Assembly: GCF_009914755.1 (NCBI RefSeq)
Contig: NC_060929.1
Reading direction: 5' to 3' (one strand)
Source: the human T2T-CHM13v2.0 reference genome, Homo sapiens
DNA length: 64,000 nt
Both the position numbers and the translations under genes were made by a program. The notes beneath the pieces were generated by a model. That model made no database searches and was not told where the DNA came from. It was given only the letters and a program-made list of their open reading frames with translations. This document shows, in pieces, positions 13,650 through 29,662 of this stretch. Positions within the stretch are counted from its first letter, which is position 1, and each line of letters opens with the position of its first letter.

Positions 13650-13815
13650 CCTGATTTTACCACCTTAATAGCTTGATGTCCTTGTTATTTAGTCTTTCTG
13701 ATTCATATTGGGATTTATTTTACTCCTAACACTTTATAGAGTTAGGATCAAGATTGACTAACATGAACAATGTAAAATGCTTCATGCAGTGTCTGGCACA
13801 TGGGTGCTTATTATT
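13650..13815 (+). mobile_element. MIR
   Basis: tgtaaaatgcttcatgcagtgtctggcacatgggtgct MIR 3' motif. Confidence 0.6.
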
Positions 13816-14994
13816 GCTGTTTGTTTTTGTTGTTACCAGAAATTTCTATGCCTATCATTAAGTCATAATAAATGGAATTATTTGTATCTACTTTTTAGTA
13901 CCAAACGCTTTTTGGATACATCATAACATCTTCACATTAATACATGTAAATTTGCTGCATTATAATTACTACTGTATAATACTGAATTTTATGTACACCT
14001 GAAGGTTTTTCTAGTCATACCTATTGTAAGATATTAAAACATTTATTTCTTTCTTTGACAATATTCTATATAGATAAAGCTTAGATATGGAATAACATCA
14101 AATGTCTCAAAGTAAAATGATATAGTGCACTTTAATATTATGAAAAAATTAGAAATTGGGCTTAATTGTTCCCAAAGAAATAAAAAACTGACCCAGGAAT
14201 CACTATTGATTTTCCAAGGGTATAAGCATATATCTAACACACCATAGAGGAAAGGATTTCAGATCTCTGAGGAGGAAAATCTTCCACCAAGGAATCTGGA
14301 GTATGAATTTAGTGCCAAAGTCTAAGTAGTGAGGAGAAGCTCTAGATGAAGGCTCATACATGAATATAATCTTCTAAACTTATCACAATCTGTTCACGCT
14401 AGCTCTGTGGTTGTAATTTAGGTGAAAAATTGAAAAAGAAGAAACACTTTGAGGCCAATGCCACTTCCACTGAATGTATCACAGAGTAGGAAGGATATGT
14501 TTATTTAATTTTGCCAAACTTGACTTCCTGGGGAAACCAGAGGAGATGTGCCCCAGTCCTGGAATTCATGAAGAAATCTCAGTAGTCACTGTGTTCCTCT
14601 GAGGCCATGTATCATAAAGTCCCTGTCTAAATAGCTGTAGCATCCACAAACTCTGTGGGAGTCTCCTGTTCAACAAATCTCTGTATTTACCACCAGAAGC
14701 AGTAGCACTTGTAGCACCTCAAGAACATCAGTCATGAGTGATGAACCCAGAATGGATAATCTTAAAAACAAACAAACAAAAAACAAAGGGAAAAAAGGGT
14801 ACTGAGCCCAAACTGGGGGGGTGGGAGTGGGGGAGGGGTGGCATAAGGATTCTTTGTTAAGTATCAAAAGACCAAAAGAAAGTATTTTTTTCTTTCATTC
14901 TTGAAGATAAACATCATGCATCCATATAGCCTCATTTTGTACACAGGTCTAAGGGGTTATGCAGTTGTGATTTGTTATACTTAGTACATAAATA

Positions 14995-15202
14995 ATAGTA
15001 ATAATAGTAAATGTATATACCCCTCTCTGTACCAGGCATTGTTCTAAGAAGTGTTCACTTATTGATCAATTTAGCCCTCACACAAACTCAAGGAAATGGG
15101 TACTTTTATTCATCCAAGTTTCTCAAATAAGAAAATGAGGCACAGAAATGTTAAACAACTCATGCAAAGTTACACAAGTGTTGGACTCAAGATTTTAACC
15201 CT
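14995..15202 (-). mobile_element. MIR
   Basis: tgtaccaggcattgttctaag...aagaaaatgaggcacagaaatgttaaacaact core. Confidence 0.75.
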
Positions 15203-18200
15203 AAACTATTAATGTATACTTACATTTGGCATTGACTAATATAAATAAATAAATGCTTTCAAAGTGTTTTATTTTTGCTTGGTTTTAGACATTTAGAATA
15301 TGAGAACATGTGGCTTTCAAGTCGTCTTTCAGGTCTTTTGTTCTCATAGATAAGCACAAAATCATTTAAGAATCATTTAAGAATTCTGAATGAGGAAAAC
15401 ACTTACAATAGGCTGTGGATAAGAAGTGAGAAGATGGAGAGACACAGAATGTGCTTGTCTTTCTACACCTAACCTGTGCCAGTGGCAAGAGACTGACACA
15501 ATGTTTCATATTTAAGGGGATGAAGGGAAGTTTTCTGTCAAAAGAGAAAACAAACAAACCTGTAAAAAGATTAACATGCAAGGAGGCAGAAGCTATATAT
15601 TGCAGGAGATATATATATCAGCAGTAGCTGATATATTGTGATTACATTCATGTCTCTAATTAGTAATTACCAAGACGAGGAAGCCTGGGACAAGAGCAGT
15701 GACATATATTTTAGAAATAACGGACCAAAATTGTATACAGTGACCATAACAATCAATCAGCAATTTCAATATACTACAGGGAATATATCTCACAAATGTA
15801 CCATTTTTATCTTGCAGAATAGGCAAGGTAGGACACATAATATTACAAAAATGGTGCCATTTGAGAAAAAAATATGTATTTGAAAATGACAAGCATATAA
15901 AACAGGTAGTTGTTGTGAAATTTGTTTCTAAGCATTAATTATCAAAGTTGCCATAGTGATATTTTTAGTTACGTGTTACTTCTGAAGTATTCTGGGACAG
16001 TATCCAATTATTCACTAATATAATATCCCAGTGTCTTGAGTTAAAGAGACAGCAATAGAATATTAAAATATTTAATACTACATCTTATTTAGAAGTAAAT
16101 CAATAATGGTTATAACTCAATAACATGTCTTAGGCCTGGCAACATTGTGAAATGAGTAATCCTTGTATCTCTTACATTTATTTAATATTATAAATTTTGT
16201 AGACAGGCTAGTAGTTTTCAAATCGAAAAAATCAATAATTATGAAATTATAAATCATTATCAAATGAGTTAATAACTGTACTAAATTTTTCTTATAATTA
16301 CACTTGATAACAAAATATTAAGGAAACTTGACCTTAGACTTCACTGCTAATGGACAAATCCCAACAGAAAACATTTAATTCTAAAAATCATTGCCTTTAG
16401 ACAAAAAGTAACATCTGTCACCTTATTTTTTCTATTTAAATATATAGAGAAAATAATCTAAAAATAAAAATGGAAATATTTCATATTTGACGCTATGCTT
16501 AACATGATTTTATTTTTTAATATAATACATAATGTCAACCAGTAAGAAAATATTCATCACTATAGTATATTATTAAATGGCTTAAATATCTTGTCTTTTT
16601 CAATATATTGTAAATTTCCTCAGTACATAGATTATGTTTTATTAATTTTTTATCTCTAGTAACTATAGCTATATTTGATATTAAATATCCAATAAATTTA
16701 ACTTATTTGTAATTAAATCCCTTGTGTACAAATCTTATTACTTCTATATAACAAGGCAAATAAATGGATAATGTAGAATTCTGGTTTGTAATTAGATATG
16801 TAGAATATCAAAACAAAAGTAACAATGTTTTCTATAGAATATTTTTTGGTAATTTTCCTTGTTTTTGACAGCATGCCTCTAGAAATGATCTGAGAACTTG
16901 GAAATAATCTGGAAAAACATTATCACACTAGTCTAATCTTTCTCCAAGAGTGAGAATATCAGATTTCAATACTATTTCCTAATGGGAGAAAAAGTAACTT
17001 TGTTTTAAATACTCAAAACAGAGCAGTATATACCAGGCAAGCACAGCATTTGCGCACAGTAAAACACAGCTTAGATCCATTAATGAAGAAAAAGCCCAAC
17101 TGCTTCCTTTTATTCTGCTCATCTGACTGATGTAGGTTAATTTCAACAAGCTAAGCCTAACCAAGAGTAAGGCAGTTGTCTATACTTTCCTTTAAATCTT
17201 CTCATCATCTAAGGCAGGCTGGTGGCCACCACAAAGCCAGCCTCCACACTCCACAATGCAAACAGGAACTCAACCAGGAGCTAGAGCCAGGGGATCTTGG
17301 TTTGTTTTGTGCCTCAAAGAGGGAAAGAAACTGTAGTGGCCAAATAATAAAAAAGGAAGTCAGCCACTTTAAATGTATCAGACTATGTATTTTCAAATTT
17401 GCAAGTATGAATATGACATTTAAATTTTTTTAATACAGAACAAAGTCAAAGCAGAAACTTGACTGAATTCTCTATTCACTCTCATCTCCTCAAACCTGGT
17501 AGAACTCTAACCTCTATTTAATGTCTAATTACCTTCCTGTAGTCTTTAAGCATGATTTATGGCTGGCTTAAGGTGCATGAGCATGGCTGTCAGATAAGGA
17601 AAGGCAAATTCCTTGTGCATATATACATAACTGAAGACACAGGATCATCAGGGTCTCTTGTGAGCAAAACATCTCAACAAATTTCTCACTAGTAAAAAAT
17701 TGTTGGCATAACTGCCAGAAAATAGAAGAGGCTCCACAATTACTAGCACAAAAGAAAGGGGCCAGAGTGTGAAAGTTAAAAAGATGTGGTGAAGCTCAAA
17801 CTAAGGAACATTGGCAAGTCAATTTAAATTAAATCATACATTCTGTCTGTGATGTATGAGGTTTAAATTTTCTGATCCAAGATCTGGATAAATGATAGAC
17901 AGCTGGTGAACGTGAATATGTAGAGACTGCAGAACTATGTGAGCCAACTAATTCAGCCAGAATAGCAACATAGGGAAGAAAATCATATTATTTTCTATTA
18001 AATTTGATCTGTTAGTTTTCATACACATGCATGCTGTATCCATAAAAATCTAACTAGTAATTCCTGGAAGTTATTCAAGTGTTTAATTTTTATTATCCAT
18101 TTCAGAAATAAGTGTCCTTTCACATTATACATTTATAATGATTGACTATTGTTTTTCATCAGTTCCTGGCATATAATAAGAGTTAAATAAAAGCTAGTTA

Positions 18201-20144
18201 TTACGATTAATATTATAATAGTATTTACTCTATGAAGGGCTGGTGAAATATATAAATATATATAATTTACAGACTTGCCCACAAAGGGACTTGAAATCTA
18301 GTTAAGAAAACCAAACATGGAGGCAAAAGATCAATATAGCACAGGATGTTTAAAGAGAAGGGGGTCACGACTAATTTCTGGAAAGAATTTCCAAGGTATA
18401 AAATATTTCAGTAGGACCTGGAGGAATGGCTAAGAGCCAGGAAAGTACAGATAAATGGACATTTCAATATAGGAAGATTAATATGAGCAAATACTCTGGG
18501 ACAAGATCATGTAAAGTAACCATTGTTAAATTAGAACTTTACCTAACTTGGTATCCTTCATTCACAGTAAAGTTATTATCCTTGTATTTCTTATCGTATG
18601 AATCTGAATATGGAATATTCATTCAAGTTTGCTACTCATTTTCTTCAATATCCCTGTTCTTCTTTTATACTCATTACCTACTTACACTTGAGAAGAGCTA
18701 TTGTTAATATAATTGCTATTGTCAATGTCATTGCTAATATAATGCAGACTAAGCAAGGCTTCAGAAAGTACATTGCTATTGCTACTATTAAAATTTACCA
18801 GAGCTCACTGTTGATGGGGTGCTTGGCAGAAAATTTTTCTAAAAAACTGCTCATGTTTGAAGATATAACTATAAAAATACATTTAAAAGATACAATGTAG
18901 AGATTATATTAAATTCTGTTTATAAATAGAAGCACAGGATATACTTTTTTGCCTTCAGAAAAATATCAAAAATCCATATGAATGTATTAAAATAATATGT
19001 GAGAATTGAAACCTATATACAACTCCAAGATTTTAACAGATTTAAAGTGTTCACTGAAAATGACATCTATTATAAAAGAGAAATGGACACATTGAAAATT
19101 AATTATTAATTTCATAGATATGCACTATTATTCTGAATGAGTTCCCATTTTACACTTTTTCTCTGCTCAAGGGAAATAAATTAAACAATCGTAGATAATT
19201 AATAACATGCAATTTTACATCATTTGTTTTTCAATGAAAAATGATAACACATTAAGCATCAAAATGAGAATGATCCATAATGCATCTGTCACACATGAAA
19301 AGATGAATATATAAGTTAATATAGTCATAGATTAATAAACTCAACTTCTTTGTCAGTAATATTTCCATTCATAAGTTGAGGATAAGAGCTCAAACTCAAG
19401 GCATGAATTACATCTGTGGCAACAATAAATCAAATTGAAATACAATATGTATTATAATAAATTGACAGAAGATGGTGGGGAAAATGGAATAAAGCCAAAT
19501 GACATTCCCTTTTTAAAAATCAATTTAAGCTATAAAAAGGAATGAAGGGGAAAAGATACCTTTAATTAATTAGAAATAGTGACATCTCAGACCACAGATA
19601 CTTAGAATTGCTGATGAATATAAGAAAGTTTAGACCACGTAAAGCAAACATAAATTTACAGATGCACAGAGTACAGAAATATGTTAAGCATATGGAATCT
19701 AAGGTTTCCTTACTTGGAGAGTAAAGTCTAGTTTGGTTAGTGTGAGAGAACCTTTTTGCAGCATATTCTATATTCGGAGGGAAGTTGTAATAAGACTAAG
19801 AAAGATCCACACCAATTTCAAAATTAGATGTCAAACAGCTTTACAACTGCTTATCATAGAAAACTGAACACATATAAATAAATTCTAAATCAACATGTGA
19901 CTCAGTCAATTGTATAAAATATTTTCATAGCAAACCACAAAGAGATCACCTGCACACCCTGATGGAAGGGGATGGCACAGGACATTAAATGAAGAAATGC
20001 CCCCAGGAGAAAGTTCTCAGATGAGATGGGTAAGTGTAATAAAAGGGCATATATGAACACATTTCTTCATAATTTATAATTAAGATATTTCTGAAGTTTA
20101 TTAACCCTGAAATTATTAATAAAATAATTAAAAAGTTATAAGCA

Positions 20145-22870
20145 TAAATACTCATACTACCCAAAGCAATCTACAGATTCAAAACACAATATAAGCAAAA
20201 GAAAAGAAATACCAAAGAGCAGGAATCAATGACATTAAGAAAAGATAGAGAAAATCAATGAATACAAAAGTTGGCACTGTACATTGATAAACCTTTAGTA
20301 ACATTTATCAAGAAACCAAAAAAAAAAAAAGATGCAATTTACCAATATTAGGAAGAAAAACAGATAATAATAACACAGGTCTTTCAGAAACTAAAAATAA
20401 AAAAGAATGATGTGGGTAACATTACACAAAAATTTTGACAGTTTAGATTAAATGTACAAATTCTTAGAAATAAATCTACAAAAGGTTACCCAGAAAGAAA
20501 CAGGCTAGCTGAATACCCCCTTTTCTACTAAATGAATTACATGTGTAATTATACCATTACCATAAAGAAACTCCAGGGCCAGATTACCAAAATGATTTAG
20601 AAGGTTTCACTGATAAATTCTTAAAAATGTTCACGGAAGAAATAAAATGACATCCACAATCTTCTAGAAAAAGCAAGAGACAAAAACATTTTCCATCTCA
20701 TTCTGTTTACATAGTTATACCTACTACCACACTTAATGGTAAAAGAGCGTATTTCCCGCCTTGACACTGAGAAAACAGGCAAGGAGATTTACCCTAACTT
20801 AGTTATCTTCAACATTATATTGAGATCCAAACTATTTCAATAAGGCAGAACAATAAATAAATAAATAAAAAGATTTGAAAGGAAAAAGTAAATCTCTCTT
20901 TATTAACAAATCACATTTTTACCTAAGCCAAAAACCCTACAAAATAAGCAAAAAACTTGCTGAAATAAGTAAGCTTAGGCAGGTCACAGGATCCAAAGAT
21001 CAATACAAGAAAACAATCTGCTTTATTTCTTTGTATTAACAATTAACAATTTTAAATTAAAATTTGAAAATACAACTTACAAAAACAATAAAAAATACTT
21101 AGGAATACATTTAACAAAAATATGTAAAATAAGTACAGTGAAAATTGTAAAAAAGTGACAAATGTAATAATGCTTTATTACATAGAAATATGTAATCATA
21201 CATTTGAAGACTCAAAGTTGGTAAGATGGTAATTCTACCCAAATTGGCTTATAACTTCAATGCAATTCTATTCAAAATTACAGCAGATGTTTTCCTGAAA
21301 TTGACAAGCTGATTCTAATATTTATAAGCAAATCCAAATAATCTAAAGCAGCCAAAGGATCTTGAGCAAGAATAAAGTGGAAGAATTCACACAACATTAT
21401 TCTGCTACTTACTATAAATCCCCATTAAAATACATAGTATAGTACTGACTTAAGAATTGGCATGAAGACCAATGGAATAGAAAAAAATTCCAGAATAGCC
21501 CTATACATTAATGTTTAATTAATTTTCAACAACAGTGTCTAGATAGTTCAATGGTGAAAGGATAGTTCTTTCAATAAATGAAGCTGAAATAATAGAATAT
21601 TTTTGAGTAAAAAATTGACCCCAACCCTACATAGAATTAAACTGAAATGTAATAGATACATCTATAAGACTTCTTAAAGAGAATATAGGGGTAAATTTTT
21701 GTGAACTTGGGTTTTAAGCAAACATTTCACAGATATAGCAAAAGAAGCAGAAAATATAAAATAAAATTTAAAAAATTGTTTTTCTTCAAAATTAAAAAAT
21801 ACCAATAAGAAAATAAGAATCAATTCACAGACTGGGAGAAAACACTTGAAAAACACATGCATCTGATTTAAGACCTGTATCCAGAATATATAAGCACCTT
21901 TGCAGTTCAATATGAAGGCAATCCAATAAAAATAGGCAAACACTTTCAATAGACACTTCAACAGAGAAGATACACTAACAGCAATGTCAAAAAAGAGTGT
22001 AAAAATATGCTCAACATCAATAATCATTAGGAAAATAAAAACTAAAGCAACAATAAGATACCAACTATGCTGGCTTTAATAGTAACAGACTAGCCACTAG
22101 GTGAAAATTAAAGTCACTGTAAGATATTGACTGAAAACTCTTTAATAGTAACAGACTAACTAACCACTAAGTGGATTTTATTGACAGATGAACAATAGCA
22201 GGTGTTGGTGAGGATGTGAATAACTTGCATGCATTCCTGGCAAAAATGCAGATATAGTACAATACCTTTAAAAACCAAGTTAGCAGTGTTATTCCTAAAG
22301 TTAACTGTATATTTATCATAGACCAGCAAATCCTAGCAGTAAAATATCTGGATATTGAGCTAAGAAAGGAAGGTATCTTTAGCTCAGAAAGGAAGGTATC
22401 AAAGAAAAAAAGTATACTGTAATGTTTGCAATGTTTATTTATAATAGTCAAAACCTAAAAACAACCTAAAACATCTTTCACATGTTAAATGGATAAACAA
22501 ATACTGGTACACCCATACAATCCAATACTACTCAGCACTAAAAAGGAACAATCTAATGATATAACAAAGTGAGTGGATTTCAAAAGTATTAGTCACAGTG
22601 AGAGAGGTCAGCTATAAAAACTATATACTGTGATTATATTCATGTGAAATAACAGAAAAGGCAAACTATAACAATCAGTGGCTGTGTGAACCTTAGAAGA
22701 GGAGGAGTTTTGGAATTGATGGTAAAGGTGTATGTGAAAACTTGCTGGGGCAATGGAAACTCTATATCTTCATTGCAATCGTGGTTGCATGAATGTATAC
22801 ATTTCTCAAAACTCATTGAATTGTATACTTTTGGTGAATTTTTAAAGGAAAATTATGCCACTATAAAGCT
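20145..22870 (+). mobile_element. Ancient L1 (L1MC/MD/ME-type): degenerate ORF2 through 3'UTR
   Basis: Collinear degenerate ORF2 motifs (aaaatcaatgaa, ttgacaagctgattcta, accaatggaatag) and old-L1 3' end (caaaactcattgaattgtatact). Confidence 0.8.
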
Positions 22871-23335
22871 TAATTCATTAATTAATAATCGTGGTAGTTT
22901 TTCCATGCCTGAATTTCTTAATTGAATTTATCACCACTAAAAATCAGAGAACTACATTTGAATGCAGACTTTTAGAAAAAAACTTCAAGAGCTATTTTTT
23001 CCTACTTTGCCCTTAAATTTTTATTACATTCATTTCTAGCATTCTTTCATATCAATCATACTTATTTTTGCCATAACTTTAATGTGAGTTTCACTGACCA
23101 CACACTTTAATTACAGCCAATTAATCTTTTATCTAGACAGACACAACCACTGTCACTACCAATCTGAATTGTCTGGCCATATAATATACTAGAATCATCT
23201 CTTATATCCTAATATCTCACCTTTCTGTGAAAGTGAATATAAAGAAAGTGAATACTGGGTATTTGTGTTCTATTTATTTATATCTTAAATGAAAATATAA
23301 TATCTAACACGCAAGTGTTTGAAAAATTATTTTCC

Positions 23336-24824
<1,489 letters not shown>

Positions 24825-24839
24825 GAAAAATTATTTTCC

Positions 24840-25165
24840 ATCATTTAGTTCCCACTTACATGTGAGAACATGCCTGCAGCTCCATTCACTTACCTGCAAA
24901 GATATGATATTCTTTATTATGGCTGCATAGTATTCCATCATGTATAGAACTAAATGATGAGAACACATGGACACACAGAGGGGTACAACACATACTGGGG
25001 CCTTCTGAGGGTGGATGGTGGGAGGAGGGAGATGATTAGAAAAAATAACTAATGGATACTAGGCTTAATACCTGGGTGATGAAATAATCTGTATAACAAA
25101 CCCCCATGATATAAGTTTACCTATGTAAGAAACCTGTACTTCTATCCCTGAACTTAAAACACAAA
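24840..25165 (+). mobile_element. Older L1PA (about PA13-PA16) short element with 5' inversion (inverted 24840-24946, forward from 24947)
   Basis: Minus-strand L1 3' piece, then gaactaaatgatgagaacacatggacac...aataactaatggatactaggcttaatacctgggtgatg. Confidence 0.85.
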
Positions 25166-26999
25166 TTGAAAATAATTATTTATTTTCAAATATGTATGAA
25201 TCTTGATCAATAGTAACCCCTTAACACTTATTTTCTATACTTGTAACATGTATTAATATAAAAACAAAATATATTAACCGTACTTAAAGTGCCAATTTTT
25301 CATTAATATTGCCATGGAAAATAGAGAATATATTTTATTTTTATAACTTAATAAGAATAAGATCTAGGAATAACAAATAGTATAATGTAGAAATATGGAG
25401 GACACAGAGATATTATAAAAGAAATAGGACAGAACTCAGCAAAATGCACTTACCCTTTAGTTCATGACATTCTTGGCTTTGCTTCAAGATTGAAACAAAC
25501 TGAGAAATGATACAGTGGTTTTGTCCATGAACCTACCTTCAACTACTATAATTAAGCACATTCTGAAACATTTCAGAAGTAACTAACTGAACAAGAAGTT
25601 AAGAAAAACATCATGGATGTGAAGTGACTTCTGTTATTTGTATTCCCTTCATACAAAATAGAGAGAAAAAAACCCTAGTGGCCATGCACGCTGAGAATTT
25701 CAGTTTTCATATGAATCATCTATTCACATGTCACAGAATTAGCTAGATGAGAAGGATAAAACTGCATTGAACTGGGAATTAAACTCTGAGTCAGGTATCT
25801 CAGTTTGCCCTACAAAATATATAAAGGCTATTTAGCTAGCTTGTCTATCATGAGAAAAATAAGCCAAAGGCAAACTCTGTGTGGTGACACATTGAGTTTC
25901 AGCTGGCACTGGCCACGTGTGAGTACAGAAACTATAGAGTTTGTAATCATAAGATTATAAAAATTATGACAGGACATATTAAAGAGCAAAATACGCAGAT
26001 TGTTCAATATGTAGTCCTATTAATCTACTGCAAGAAAATTTCTGTAAATTAGTGCATTGCTACCATTGGAATATGAATAGATAGGATTCTGAGGAGGAAC
26101 AGGCATAGAATTACATTTAAGATGAAGATGAATATGATAAGGAAGGAGAGCAAGGACACCAAAGCACCATAGATGTAATGTAAGCATGGTTTTAATCAAT
26201 GCTGTCTGAATTTATCAGTGACATAAAGAAATGCTTGAACAGGTAAAGAAAATAGAGAAATGGACAAGGTCTGAAAATAAGAGAGAATAGAAGAAAGCTA
26301 GTTACCAAATAAATAAAAAATATTCTACAGCTGAAGAAAAACTGAAGGTTGTCACCGTGTTTCAGACAAAATCAATAAATTGAATCTCAGATCTAGATAT
26401 AGATCAAAAAAAGTTTGATGCACAGATAAATAATTTTTACTAGAAGCATGTAAAAATAAAACAAGACACCTACATAAATTAAAATCTTTTAGCATTCTAA
26501 TTTCTAAACAGGAAAGAGTGTTAGTAAGTGAATTGCAATTGAACAATAAGACAATTTTTACATAACAGTGTAATAATTTTTATATCCTATATCAAAAAAC
26601 TATTAAATGACAATAATAAAAATTAGAAAGCTTAAATACAGCAACAGAAAAAAGGGGCATTCATGAAAAAAAGTTTAAAGAGCTAGTAACTTCTGTTTTA
26701 AGTGTTCCAGATGTCAGAAAGAAAAGAAAGAATGAGAATGACAGATAATAAATAATAAATTGATTATTATGTTAGATAGTAGATATGAAGAGAATTATAG
26801 GAAAATAGATGTGGATGAAGAATAATGGGAGAGATTAGGGATGGCCTCTGTGAAAAGGTAGAAATTGAGTGAAAAAATAGAGATGTGGACAACAAAGTCA
26901 CAAAATATCTGGGCAAAAACTACCAAACAGAGAGAATATAAGCCCTCTACCCCAAAATATATAACCTTTCAGAAATATATAAACAAATATTAAACCGGT

Positions 27000-29404
27000 T
27001 ACTATGGTTTGGCTGTGTCCCCACCCAAATCTCATCTTGAATTGTAGTTTCCATAATCTCTACATTTTTGGGAAGGACCTGGGGAAAGGTAATTGAATCA
27101 CGGGGTGGTTTCCCTCATGCTATTCTCATGGTAGTGAGTAAGTTCTCATGAGAGCTGATGGTTTTATAAGGTGCTTCCCCCTTCACTCAGCTTGCATTCT
27201 TCTCCTTTCTGCTGCTATGTGAAGGTGGATGTGTTTGATTTCACTTCTGCCATGTTTGTAAGTTTCCTGAGGTCTCCCTATCCATGTGGAACTGTGAGTC
27301 AATTAAGCCTCTTTCCTTTAGAAATTACCCAGTCTTGGTTATGTCTTTATTAGCAACGTGAGAATAGACTAATACAATAAATTGTTACTGCAGAGAGTGG
27401 AGTTCTGCTACAGGGATACCAGAAAATGTGGAAGCAACTTTGGAACTGGGCAACAGGCAAAGGTTGGAATAGTTTTGAGGACTCAAAAAAAGACAAATAT
27501 GAGAAAGTTTGGAACTTCAGAGAGATGTGGCGTGCTCAGAAGATAGGAAGATGTGAAGAAATTTGGAACTTCCTAGAGACTTGTTGAATGGCTTTGACCA
27601 AAATGCCGATAGTGATATGGACAATGAAGTCCAGGCTGAGGTAGTCTCATATGGAGATGAGGAACTTGTTGGAAATTGGAATAAAGGTGACTCTTGCTAT
27701 ATTTTAACAAAGAGACTGGTGGCATTTTGCATCTGCCCTAGAGATATGTGGAACTTTGAACTTGAGAGAGATGATTTAGAGTATCTGGTGGAAGAAATTT
27801 CCAAGGAGCAAAGCATTAAAGATGTGACTTGGGTGCTGTTAAAAGAATTCAGTTTTATGTATTTAAAAAGATATAGTTTGGAATTGAAACTTATGTTTAA
27901 AAGGGAATCAGAGCATTGGAGTTTGGAAAATGTGTGGCCTAACCATACAATAGAAAATAAAAACCCATTTTCCGAGGGGAAATTCAAGCCAGCTGCAGAA
28001 ATTTGCATAAGTAACAAGGAGCCAAATGTTAATCACCAAGACAATAGGGAAAATGCTCCCAAGGAATGTCAGAGACCTTCATGGCAGCCCCTCTCATCAC
28101 AGGCCTTGATGCCTATGGGGACAAAATGGTTTAGTGGGCCAGGCCAAGGGCTCCCCTGCTATGTGCAGCCTAGAGATTTGGTGCCCTGTGTTCTAGCTGC
28201 TCCAGTCCTGTCTAAAAGAGACCAAAATACAGCTCAGGCCATTGCTTCAGAGAGCGCAAGCCCCAAGCATTGGCAGCTTCCACATGGTGTTGAGCTTGAA
28301 CATGCAAGAAGTCAAGAATTGAGGTTTAGGAACCTCTGCCTATATTCCAGAGGATGTATGGAACACCTAGATGTCAAGGCAGAAGTCTGCTGCAGGGGCA
28401 GAACTCTCATAAAAACTATCTCTGCTAGGGCAGTGCAGAAGGGAAATGTGGGGTTGGGGCCCACACACAAAGTCCCCACTGGGGCACTGCCTAGTGGAGC
28501 TATGAGAAGAGGGCCACTACCCGCAATGGTAGATCCACCTACTGCTTGCACCGAGCTCCTGGAAAAGCCACAGACACTCAACACCAGCCCATGAAAAAAG
28601 CCAGGAGGGTGGCTGTACCCTGCAAAGCCACAGGGACGGAGCTGCCCAAGGCCATGGGAGCCCACCTCTTGCATCAGCATGACCTGGATGTGAGACATGG
28701 CGTCAAAGGATATCATTTTGGATTTTTAAGGTTTAACGATTGCGCTACTGGATTTCAGACTTGTATGGGGCATATAGCCCCTTTGTTTTGGCTACTTCCT
28801 CCCATTTGGAATGGGTGTATTTCCCCAATGCCTGTACCTCCACTGTATCTAAAAAGTAACTAACTTGCTTTCAATTTTACAAGTATGTAGGTGGAAGAGA
28901 CTTGCCTTGTCTCAGATGAGTCTTTGTATCTGGAGTTTGGGTTAATTCTCCAATGAGTTACGACTTTGGGGGACTGTGAGAAAGGCATCATTGTGTTTTG
29001 AAATGTGAGGACATGAGATTTGGGAGGGTCCAGGGACAGAATTATATGGTTTAGCTGTGCCCCCACCCAAATATGATCTTGAATTATATTTTCCATAATT
29101 TCCACATGTGGTGGGTGGGACCTGATGGAAGGGAATTGAATTATGGGGGTGGTTACCCCATAATTCTCATTATAATGAATAAGTTCTCATGAGATCTGAT
29201 GGTTTTGTAAGGGGCTTCCACCTTCATTCAGCTTGCATTCTTCTCCTTTCTGCAACCATGTGAAGAAGGATGTGTTTGCTTCCCCTTTCACCGTGATTGT
29301 AAGTTTCCCGAGGCCTGCCCAGCCAGGCTGAACTGTGGTCAATTAAACCTCTTTCCTTTTTAAATGACCCTGTCTTTTTAGCAGCATGAGAATGGACTAA
29401 TACA
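27000..29404 (+). mobile_element. Full-length THE1 (C/D-like) MaLR: LTR 27000-27376, internal 27377-29041, LTR 29042-29404
   Basis: Two direct LTRs, purine tract before the 3' LTR, TSD CCGGT/CCAGT. Confidence 0.96.
27563..28594 (+). pseudogene. THE1 internal (MaLR) ORF remnant, 343 stop-free codons
   Basis: ORF track; peptide ELPRDLLNGFDQNADSDMDNEVQAEVVS typical of THE1-int; starts at TTG, first ATG at 27617. Confidence 0.8.
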
Positions 29405-29662
29405 CCAGTCTTCAGTCTAAACTGAATCAAAGTTTACAATGAGAATGCAAATTCTAAGGTAACTAAATATATGAAATAAGACAAAATCAAAGAAATAAAC
29501 AAGTAGTTATTAAACATATATGCTATGTCAGGCACTGTAATATACAAAACTGGGCTGAGTCCTGTTCTTTTAACCTTTACATTATAGGAAGCTAAAGAGA
29601 CAGTATAAAATATGAAGATGCTATAGGAACACAAAGAAGGAATACCTAAGAGGCTTAGGGAG

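Noticed and set aside
17216-17243. Small hairpin AGGCTGG...CCAGCCT around the palindrome TGGTGGCCACCA
   Set aside because: Stem too short to exceed chance; no ncRNA hallmarks.
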